DNA from: Daphnia carinata
Lineage: Eukaryota
Length of the DNA stretch: 64,000 nucleotides
Direction of reading: 5' to 3'
Assembly: GCF_022539665.2 (NCBI RefSeq)
Contig: NC_081333.1
Coordinates: forward strand, 11,904,001-11,968,000
Every line of letters begins with the position of its first letter. Positions within the stretch are counted from its first letter, which is position 1. The notes below the pieces were generated by a model that saw nothing but the letters and a program-made list of their open reading frames with translations, was not told the DNA's origin and ran no database searches. Of this stretch, positions 53,801 through 64,000 are shown piece after piece. The translations under genes were made by a program, and so were the position numbers.

Positions 53801-55970
53801 CTTCGCGTATCGCTTTTTGCGGAAAGTATTGCTTCGTAGGCTATCAGACGGGCCGGAATGAGAATCGAAAAGATTGAACAGGTCGATGATGCGAAGAAAA
53901 ACTGGTGCAGTTGTGACGACATGTTACAGTCGCTCTTCGACTGACTTTCGAGGCAGTTGAAGAAAAGTGGGTTGCGAACGCAAATAGAAGAAGAGCAAAA
54001 GGAACGTGAACAGTTTTTCTTTTCGATAAACTCTTCATATCAAAAGGGAAAAAATATATCGCAGAGACGTTTCTGTAATGTACCGAAGAAAAGTCCCCTG
54101 TTGACTCGCAGCCGTCAGTGTCTGTTAGACGTACAAATGCGTGCAGCTTTATGGAAAAAGAAAGTCTTTTTTCCCTTTTCTATGGAACAGACAAACATAA
54201 AAGAATAAGAAATGAACAGGCGACCTTTTAGCTTGCATTTTTACATGTACCAAGAATATCTGCGCGTTTCGACGCTATAAAATGTCACATGAGCCAATAT
54301 GTTTCCATTTTTTTTGTGTGTTATACCTTTAACTGTGGGTATCGCGTGACTACGAAGGGCTTCGTTTCTAGCCTTAACATATGGAATAACATCAACTATA
54401 ACAAGTGAATTCGTGATTTTTTTTTCAATGGTTTCTTTGGCCTTTTCTCTATTTATCATGTTACTATCTTCTTATGCAGCTTACTTTTTTTGCATACAGT
54501 TAACCAACGTCTTGTTCAAGTTGAGCTTTTTCACCTTGGACTAATTGACCTGACTAATGCTAATCTTTAAACTAAGGTTTCCATCCGACTTTATTACGTT
54601 CGGCATGACATTTTGTAGACTCACAAACAGGTATGTACATTACTAAATCAAAAAGCTTAAACTCTCGCACGTATTTGTCCACCACAAATAGCTGCAAATC
54701 AACATTTATCAGATTATGCATGCACATATGACGACAAGCGTGGTTTGCTACTGGATCATTAGCGCAAGTGGAAAGCTGTCTGGTGGCTTCCGTTTTCATT
54801 TACGGTTTAAATAACGGTCATGATTCTAGAACTACTCCATCACCAGAGTTGTCCTATCTTTAGCAGCTATATTTAACTAAGTAAATTCTAATTTCCTACT
54901 TGAGGGGGCAGTTGACAAGTGCTTGCTAAGCTTCGTGCATTTTCAGCGGAATTCATGCGTATATATCTCGGTTCGTGTAACGGCTCTTTGAAGAAGTCTC
55001 AACCGCAAGGTTCTACTCGCCTGTTTTCACATGTCAGCGACGAAGAGTTAACATTACTTACGAGTCCAGGTGAATGTTCTCTTGGCCATGAGCAGACTCA
55101 AAGGGAACTGGGCAAGAACAAGCCAAATAAACATATATTGGACTTGGACAAGGTGACATCTACGTTCCTATTATATCAGAAAGTTCCCCTCCAAAAACGG
55201 AGAGATGGTTAACCTTTTTTTATTCTCATTAGTTTATACCCGCAACTGCTACTGGCAGAACTTTCCTTTACCTATTAACTACCTAAGGGCACACACGTGT
55301 CACGTTCCATTAGACTGGAGGACGTTCAGCCCTTCCTTTTTTTACGTATATTACGCACAGGAACAAAAAAAAAATGTATATAATATAAAAAAAAAAAAAG
55401 GCTGAGAGGACGTGTTATTACCGAAGCGGCTCTTCTGCAAAGGTGGCCATCATGTACTATAAAGCCTCTCGTCATTTTTCGCCAATATACAAAGGTCGAT
55501 ATTGTGCGCCTTCGTGTATACGCCATATAGATAGCTATATACATGCAGCTCTTATAGCTTTAAAACAACATATAATACTACATGATGTATCGTAAAAGCG
55601 CAAAAAAAAATTCTTTGTTTTTTTTTCAGAGAGGTCCGATGGACATGCTTTTGTTTTGTTGTTGGGTTCTTTTTTTTCTACATTTTTTTCTTAGAATTGG
55701 GATTTTCGCGATGGTGTTGCGTGTGTTAGACCAAAAAACTCCATTAGGCAGAGTGTTTCCGACGAGTCATGCGTGCCCTTGTTTTTCTCTGTGTTGTTTA
55801 ATCAAATACACGTACATACTGTACGTCATATATCAATTCGAGTGAAAATAAGAAACGATTCGGGCGTCAGAGAATATTTGTTTTTTCCCTCCAAAAAATA
55901 ATACTTGACGCGACTGGAACACGCACACGCCCATCCATTTTCCGCCTACTTGTTCTTCTTCTATTCTCAC

Positions 55971-56078
55971 CTGCACGGACACGAGCAAATGACTTGGCGG
56001 AGAATGCAATGAGAGCCAAAGTACATTGCCCATAGCAACGGCGTGCGACAACAATAACAAGCCGATGCAACTGTTCAT
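55971..56078 (-). CDS. Probable first coding exon of the Dpr gene (MNSCIGLLLLSHAVAMGNVLWLSLHSPPSHLLVSVQ)
   Basis: ATG in GAAATG context, hydrophobic signal-like stretch, CAG|GTGAGA phase-0 donor compatible with the microexon; candidate acceptors at 56129-56130 or ~56119-56123. The joined model gives 351 aa. The link across 24 kb is inferred. Confidence 0.45.
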
Positions 56079-56148
56079 TTCCGTCGACCACTCGAACACG
56101 TTTGATATTTTGCCACTTCTGCTAATACCTACGGTGACTCAACACATA

Positions 56149-57114
56149 CAGTATCCTCCAGAAAAAAGAGGCACCCCCCTGGTCGCTGAAAATAAAATAA
56201 TATATTACTAGCGCTAGATGGCATTTAATTTTTGCAACATATAAACAAAAAAAGCATGCGTTTTTTTTGTTTGTTTGTTTTGACGGCAAAATTCCAGACG
56301 GTTTGCCGATTTCCGATGTTTTTTTGTAATTTTGCTTCGAGCAAAATAAAAAAAAACGAAAATTTGAGAAGTCTGGAGAAAGGCACACATTGTCTGAATC
56401 GTAACCTTTTCCCAACCTCACTTTTTTTTCAAAATTTTCCTTTGTCGTATTTCTACCCTCAGGAAATATTAGGAAAACTTATTGGCTAAAGGCGATTTTA
56501 GAATGCAGACAATATTATTTTAGGTTTTTTTCAATGAATCTAAATTAGAATTAAACAGGAGTTTTCCATCCAATTTAAGTTCAAATCTATCGATTACAAA
56601 AAGGCTTCAATTATGAATTGATGATAATGGCTGGTGAACGAAATACTAAATCTTATTTCGTTCGCCAGTTTTCTTAACTTAAATAATAGTCTTCTTAAAA
56701 ATTTTCTGTTTAATTCTAATTTAGATTCATTGAAAAAAACCTAAAATAATATTGTCTGCATTCTAAAATCGCCTTTAGCCAATAAGTTTTCCTAATATTT
56801 CCTGAGGGTAGAAATACGACAAAGGAAAATTTTGAAAAAAAAGTGAGGTTGGGAAAAGGTTACGATTCAGACAATGTGTGCCTTTCTCCAGACTTCTCAA
56901 ATTTTCGTTTTTTTTATTTTGCTCGAAGCAAAATTACAAAAAAACATCGGAAATCGGCAAACCGTCTGGAATTTTGCCGTCAAAACAAACAAACAAAAAA
57001 AACGCATGCTTTTTTTGTTTATATGTTGCAAAAATTAAATGCCATCTAGCGCTAGTAATATATTATTTTATTTTCGGCGACCAGGGGGGTGCCTCTTTTT
57101 TCTGGAGGATACTG
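56149..57114. mobile_element. Non-autonomous DNA transposon (MITE/foldback), Tc1/mariner-pogo type, 966 bp
   Basis: TA flanks at 56147-56148 and 57115-57116; ends CAGTATCCTCCAG...CTGGAGGATACTG; TIRs ~410 bp (56149-56558 and 56706-57114), in which I saw only one substitution and one A-run indel; ~147-bp AT-rich spacer; no transposase ORF. Confidence 0.92.
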
Positions 57115-60100
57115 TACGTACGCACTGTGTAAGGGTCTCATTTTGATAAGTGGAACAGGATCCCTTTTCTCGGAAAAATGCAAGTTTCTCGTGAAACGAG
57201 AGCTAGCCAAACAGAAGGCCAAACTCTACCCTTTGTATTGAAAGCTATATTACACAGCGCGTCGGGAAACGGCTGGATGCGTTACGGAGTCCAATGTGTG
57301 AGCCTCTATAAATCCCTGGATGCGTTCGCATAGAAAATGAGGAGAGAAAAAAAAGAAATGCCGTTGTGCGTCTCCCGATTCTGAAATAACAGCAGATGGC
57401 ATTAGCTGAGGTGTAGGAGCTTCGCTATGACACACCAATTAGCTACTTGGTGAGAAAAAAAAAAAACAACAAATGCGGGTAACTGTTTTCTTCTTGCCTG
57501 TGCACGACCAATTAAACATCTTTTTTTCGTTCGCTAACAATTCTTGTTTCCCATAGGATCAATAAATACATCGTCATTTCTCTTAATTGCAATGAGTATA
57601 AATCTCGTAGGACGAAAATATGTGAAGGAAAAAAGGTTTTCTTGTTATCATTTCAAAAGAAAAACAAAGCAAAACGTGGAGTTTCGAATTTTAGATGTGC
57701 ATTTTAATAATACAACTGCGGATCGATCATAGGATAAGAAGCCCATAACGATGTCACGCATTTTACAGGCAAAAGACACGCACTTTTTCGGCTGGCTTTC
57801 CATCTCTTCCCCCCCGCTCTCTGACGGCCCAACTTCCTTTCGGGTTTTCAGCCCAGCACTTTCCTATTCTCTGTGTGTATCAAAGATTAAAAGAGAATGA
57901 GGAAAAGAATGCGTCAGATTCCACGATAATACAGAGCGGCCACCGTGCGTTTTTTGTTTTGTTTTTCTATTCTTTTTTATTTCCCGTTTCCGTGTAAATC
58001 GATTGCACGGGGCCAGCTGAAGGGCATTGCCATGGAAGTCCAAAAAAAAAAAAAAAAAGAGAGTATAGCGGCTGTGTACATATATATCATGTCGCCGCCA
58101 ATATACAGCCAATCAGACAACAACAGGAAACGGAAATGAATCCAATAAGCTTTTACATTTTCTCGCTTTTTCTTTTTTCTCTTGTTGCGCTGATTTCTTG
58201 ACCGCACGAGCGCATACGCAGTCAACGACGATCAAGGTCAATATATACGTTGTATGTGCACGCTATATTTACGACAACGTGACTCTGTTTGCTATCCCCG
58301 TTGATGAATTGAATTAGAATCCAGCCAAAATGGCAATGCGTCTTGCTAAAGATGGTCTGCCCTCCCAAAAAGAACAAACTGACAGCTGTCAGGAGGCGAG
58401 AAAGAGACCCCTAGACCCTAGGAATAGTATATACCGGAAGATGGTCTCGGACCAGGTCTGAAACTGGTAAAGCTTTCCTTTTCTAACGAGATGAGATAAT
58501 GAGGATGGAGGCAGCTGTTGCGCCCTTTTTTTACGTCCATCTGCCTATATCTATCGACTTTTTACAAAGACGCTGTGTCTATAGCTCCAATGTCGGTGGA
58601 ACACACAACAAGAATAGCTTCATCCGTCTTATGTATCCAACCTTTTCCCTTCCTTTTACGGATGTAACGAGCTATAGCCTCCCTGAAGGGTAACGCAATC
58701 CACCGTATCAACGCAGACTGTGCGAAAATGTATGCCTTTAACTATATAGGTCTTCCCACATTCTCCTCTCGTAATTTTGATTATGAATTTTTTTCTTTTC
58801 TTCTTTCGGCAGCAGCGATATAGTAGAGAGATAGAATTATTTATTCGCGTCATATAGTTGAACGCTTCATTGATTATACCGGGTACGTGTTTCAATGTCT
58901 CCGCCTGCTGTGTGTAACAAGGCTACATCAAGAAAACATCAGATTAGTCAGCCCTCCGTTTTCACACGAGCTCGGGCGTTTCCATTTAGTTAACGGCACA
59001 ACACATCAGCCGGAAGGTAATCGAAATGAAAGACAATGTTATTAGACTACTGTTGTTGCTTGGCGATCCCTTCGGCATAAGTATCTTGAGGGCGAATGTC
59101 TAATAAAAAAGGAGCAAACTACACCAAAAGAAGAAGAAGCAACTGTCAGACATGACGTGGACGAATTCGATAGTGAAAGACTTGTCGTTTTTGAATCCAT
59201 CAGTTTTTTGGAACAGCTCTATTTTAAATGCATATATGAATATGCCTTAATAAAAGAGCTGAATAGTTTATATATATTTTTTATTTTTAACTCTTTGTAG
59301 TGTAAGAACAGAGGGCGGCTACTTTTTTGTTTGTGTGTGCTGTTATCCCTGGAAATCCAATTTGCATATACAGCGTCCTACATCGACAGCTCTTATTTGA
59401 AAAAACTCTCATCCAGCCTTATGACGACGGATGATGGAGATGACTCCATAAAAGTGCAGTATGTAAAAAATAAATAAATAAAGACAGTCCAATGGATATA
59501 CGAAATAGTATAGACGAAAAGGTTTATAGAGCTACACATAACTGCCCCACTAACGGCACGAGCTATATAAGCAAAATAGATCTTTTGATCTTTGAATCAA
59601 TCTTAAACTTTATAGTCGTAATAGACTGCGGTTTCAACGATTCCCCACCATAAAGGTATATGTAGGACGTATAGTAATAATGATGTGTATCAAATTCAGT
59701 CTGCAAGGCTCCATTACATACAAATGACATCATAGTTAAAACTTAAGAAAGTTAGTTAAAGCCAAGTCAACCGATAGGCTTTTCATGTCCGTACGAGTCA
59801 ATGTAAATCTCCGAAGAAGATCTGGAAAAGGGCGAATGAAAACTAAATAGCCGCTCTTTTGGCAAAAAGAAAAATGGCTCTTCCAAGAAACTTGATACAT
59901 ACGTGTGTGTGTCCTTTTATAGGTGGCTAGATTTCGTGGGCTGCATGGAAGAGTATATAATAGATCCTGTACATCAAGTCAGGCTATATACGTTATACTG
60001 CTAAGGAGCTTGTTAGGCAAAAGGGAGGAAAGCACCTTACGGCAATCAGATCCCTTCGTAGATATAGTTGTTGGGTATATATCTTTTGCCTGCCTGTGTC

Positions 60101-62674
60101 CTATATCCACGTTATTAGGCTTTTCTTTCTCTGCAGATTTCCGTATCGCGTTCGATCTATCCCTTTCTCTTGACATGTACGAATGACACGCAGCGAGTTG
60201 CACCCACGTTGCGCTGCTCGACGTCGAATTTGTTTAAATAATTGAAAAAGAAGAGTCTGGTCTTTGATTAACGATGTTTCTGTCCACGTTTTATCCCCAC
60301 GTCTGTTCACCATCTAAAATATGCAATGACGATGGTTCGAATTGTATGCGGTTTCATTTAGTTGTGCATCAGGGTTGTTCAGTAGCATTTCTGTTTCATA
60401 GTTTTGTTGCACGTGCGCAGTAATGATGGCAAAGCAAAAGTGAAGTGAAAACTATTGTCAGACGACGGCAACTTTCTCTTGATCTCTTGCCTCCTTTTTC
60501 ACGTGTCCTTGCCACAGATCTTGTCACACAATACGTGGCTGCATTAGTTTTCTTTCATCATTCAGTCAAAGTTGTCCTCCTGTCTCATTTGCTCATTTCC
60601 TTTGACATCCCAACAGCGCCGATTGTGGACGTCGATCCGCTATGAACTCATCCAACACGCATATCGATTCGAATAAGCATAGCGGACTACTTTCCAACTA
60701 TTTGTCCGTAAAAACTATGCGAAAAGAAGTTGCGACGTGGACGAAGTCTAGTCGCAGATTTGCACGTCTACGCCCTGATATTCACGCAATAATTCCTGCG
60801 TGCTTTGCGCACCCGTGTATGTAATAGATCATTAACGGTACCAGACGAACTTTGTTAAATACTAGTTTATTCGTGTGATGGACTCTATTTCATCACTCGA
60901 CGTATTATTTGTGTGTTTAGCTGGAACGTTTCCCATATTTGCACAATTTTAATGAATGTTAGAGAATAACGAGGCATGTGCAGTTCAACACACTGTCACG
61001 CTATAATATTCCTACAATTCCCGAAGTAATAATAAGACAAATTGTTTGACAACATTATGAAAAGGCACGTGTATAAAGCAAGGTATGTCCTGTACCAAAA
61101 CACCGCAGGTACCTTTGTAAAGTTATATAAGATTTCTACGTATACTGTGGCGAAACGAGAGGCGGCCAGTTGCGGCTTATCTGTGCGTGCAATGTCGTGA
61201 AACCCCCCCAAAAAAAGAAACGGCCAGTGACGCGTGTTGAACGACCGTTTTGCTGAACAACAATGGTGATTCTTTGTTACAACTTGTCTTTGCATTTTTT
61301 TTATGTCTTTATACTCCAGCGGGACTGTCGTGCGTGGCACGCATTATAGTACGAAACGAAAATAAATAAACCGCAGCACGAACAAAACTAAACCCACCCT
61401 CCAAAAAAGAGAGGAGACTTTGAGCTTTGGTGTGTTCCGTCTGAGCCGTCACGTATCGAGCCAAGTGATTTGTAAACGATTCCGTTGGCTTCTTCCCTCT
61501 TTTTTTTCCTTCCGCCCGCTTGCCAAAAATTGCCATTATTTCAAAAACTTGAAGGGCTTTCACCATCAAGCGCAACAATAGCGGAATCTAAGCCCCAAAA
61601 AGGCGGTTCTTTTAAACTTTAAAAATCACGAAGCCCCGTCTTTCTGACGACAAACGTACTAGACGGGCCTCTAAATAACTAATTCGCAATTTGTTTTCCA
61701 TCGCTGTTTGTTGCAACATAACCTGCCAAATCCAGACATTGTTCGCATCTGTCTTTAGTTTTATTTATACATTGCTATTAAAGTGATTTCTACTTAATGT
61801 CATAAACCTCATGTCAACAAGGAAATCGCGTTCATTTTTTCTTTTTTTGCTATCGCAGGGGAATCCCGTTTGGCGTCACGCATTGCCTCTCGTTTGCACG
61901 AAAACATGGTAATAAACGGTAGACTTAACGCATTTTGCAGCTTGCTTTATGTATTATGCAAACAAATAGATTACTGGACTTGGCCGACATGCTTTTGTCG
62001 CTACATATATCCGAGCGAGTTGTTCACGTATAGTCTATACTATTACGGATACGGGGCACAGCCGAGTGCAACTAACGTTACACGTCGCTTGTCATTTAGA
62101 ACTGGGACAAACTTGTGCAAAGTACGCGACTAATCGAAAGTGGCCAACGGGGGGCACAGGCCAAAGAGCACGAAACGAGAAAGTATAGGGTCCGTTAATC
62201 ACACAAGGAGGAGTTTCTACGTGATCATCATCAAAGCGTCGTTACATAATCTGGCCAGTGTCTCTGTGATTTACGCAAAATGAGGGGATTCCGACCTTCT
62301 TTTAAACTGCAAATTTCAGGTAAGGACGTCACTTCCACCAGATTATCAGATAGCAACGTCAACTTTCTTTTGAATCGATTCGTGATGAATGGCGAAACGT
62401 GCTGATCTTTAATGTTCAATATATTACTCAGATGAGTGGCATATGGCCAGGATGATGCTGAAGTGTACACGCCATATTTGTCCAGCGGAAAAAGAAAAAA
62501 AAATCCATTAACAAGTTGACAGAGTGTAAGGCTTCCTGCGGAGCACGCGAAACACAAGAGAGAGAGTAGATACAAAGTCTTGGACGTACTGTATGCACTG
62601 TCTGTCGTGACGTAGGAAAGTGTTAGGCTATACGTATAGTGTCCTAGTTGCCACGTAGTTGCTGTAAAAGAGCG

Positions 62675-63647
62675 AATTGGGACACAGGCCCGGTTCCTGC
62701 TAATTTGGGACAAAAAACATACATTTCGTCGCATCACGAATGGTATACTGATAGGGGTTCTATTGGGACATCTTATAGGCGAATTATAAACTAAAAGGGG
62801 GGTTACGCAATTTATCAAAAGGGCAAAATTTAAAACATAACAATATTCGAGAAAACGGTAATTGAAATCTGTGCGTTTTGCTTGCGGGCGAAAAACCTAA
62901 ACAGCGTACGATTTGTTAGCTGACACCTGGACGGCACAGGAAATTTCTAAGGTAAAATTGAAGAAACCCATTAAATAATTATATCAAACAGTAGAGCAAG
63001 TTAAGTTCTACAGATTAAGTACAAGTCTGTCCCATTAAATGCTAGTATTATTCTAATATTACAAACCAGAAAAAACCCCCATTCCTGCTAATTTGGGACA
63101 GCCGACGCTAATTTAGGACACAGATATTTTCGAAAAAAAAAAAAAAAACTTTTTTTCAATATTTTTACATCAATCGACGCAGAATTCAAAAATAAATCGA
63201 TTGATGTAGGATATTTATCCGTTTTTTGAATCATTTTCATAGAAATAACGCAAAAATACTTTAGGGACTTAGAATCTAGTCTGGGTTCATCCACGCAGCT
63301 TTTTTAAAAAATTAATTTACATTCTTTCACTTTTTTTTTCGTAACTTCAAAGCCAATAAACTTTTTATATTTTTAAAGGTAATTCCGTATTTTTTATTTC
63401 ATTTTACCAGTGACTAAACGAGAAATTTTTCGGAAACTGTTGTCCCTTATTGGGACACAAGTTTATTTGTAGTTTTTTTCAGAAATTTCAGTGGTTTTTC
63501 ACGCTTTTCATGTTCCTTTTACTTGTCGTAGAAGAAATTTGTTAATAAGTCATTGGTTTTAAGTAAAAATAAAAAAAAAACTGTTTTGTTGTTCTCGTCA
63601 TAGTCCCATTTGATTGTGCTTTAAGCGAAAGCGCTAATTCTGGACAC
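62675..63647. repeat. Degenerate element with dispersed (T/A)TTGGGACA motifs in both orientations, probably an old DNA transposon/MITE
   Basis: TTCCTGCTAATTTGGGACA at 62694 and 63082; related motifs at 62675, 62761, 63107, 63449 and 63633; inverted TGTCCC at 63028 and 63441. AT-rich; boundaries unclear. Confidence 0.5.
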
Positions 63648-63692
63648 TGTTTTCGAAGGGCGTGGGGTGGCGGTAATTTTCATATTTTATCT

Positions 63693-63764
63693 TACGACAT
63701 GGCACAGTGGATGAATGCCTGGATGGTGAGACGGAGGTCTGAGGTTCAATTCTCAGCAGCTCAA
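63693..63764 (+). pseudogene. tRNA-like relic (tRNA pseudogene or tRNA-derived SINE head)
   Basis: A-box TGGCACAGTGG (63700-63710) and B-box-like GGTTCAATTC (63743-63752) inside a CTGAG/CTCAG stem, at tRNA-like spacing; acceptor and anticodon stems do not pair convincingly. Confidence 0.5.
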
Positions 63765-63923
63765 ATATAATCTTGTGTTTAATTAATACATTCGATGTAT
63801 TTATAGGGACGATAGACGATATCTGCCTATCATGTCAAATAAAATCCCCAAAAAGTAATATTTTTGTCTGCATTTTGGGGTAACATTTAAATAGTATTTA
63901 TAAATAGAAGTTTTATCATCAGA

Positions 63924-63995
63924 AGTTTGGTAGCTCAGAGGTAAAGCATTAGACTCATGATAATAAGGACTGCAGTTCAATGCCAGATAGAAGTT
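63924..63995 (+). pseudogene. tRNA-like relic (possibly Met-CAT derived)
   Basis: D-arm-like TAGCTCAGAGGTAAAGC (63931-63947), loop CTCATGA, B-box-like GTTCAATGC (~63975); T-stem and acceptor stem are degenerate. Confidence 0.5.
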
Positions 63996-64000
63996 AAAAC

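Noticed and set aside
32000..55900. Numerous 60-170 aa ORFs rich in F, K and L
   Set aside because: Translations of poly(T)/poly(A) tracts with no domain motifs or coherent exon chain.
56122..57132. Twin ORFs MRLGKGYDSDNVCLSPDF... on opposite strands
   Set aside because: Mirror-image by-products of the MITE TIRs with no transposase motifs.
62231..62818. 195-aa ORF on minus
   Set aside because: Non-ATG start, no recognisable domain, and it overlaps the degenerate repeat.

Overview
Eukaryotic (arthropod) genomic DNA. Short 60-120 nt GT-AG introns, long poly(A)/poly(T) tracts and the gene content suggest a branchiopod crustacean such as Daphnia (inference). The ORF track ignores splicing, so gene models were rebuilt by hand with splice-phase checks. 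Content: (1) five paralogous 3-exon cuticle-protein genes with a Rebers-Riddiford chitin-binding domain and YPxPA repeats (1.0-13.9 kb; four minus, one plus); (2) a ~1 kb compound palindromic/foldback repeat (14.4-15.35 kb); (3) a complete 8-exon BMP type I receptor gene, thickveins/BMPR1-like (15988-18138, minus, 549 aa); (4) a two-Ig-domain Dpr/ZIG-8-family gene (minus; core exons 22953-30908, a probable 19-nt microexon at 31869-31887 and a probable first coding exon at 55971-56078 beyond a ~24 kb intron); (5) a young 966-bp TA-flanked Tc1/mariner-pogo-type MITE with ~410-bp near-perfect TIRs beside that exon's putative acceptor; (6) a degenerate GGGACA-motif repeat and two tRNA-like relics at the right end. 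I found no convincing wholly new biological system. The most interesting items are the MITE/Dpr splice-site juxtaposition, the Dpr microexon and Gln/His insertion, the nested palindrome and the mosaic cuticle paralogs.
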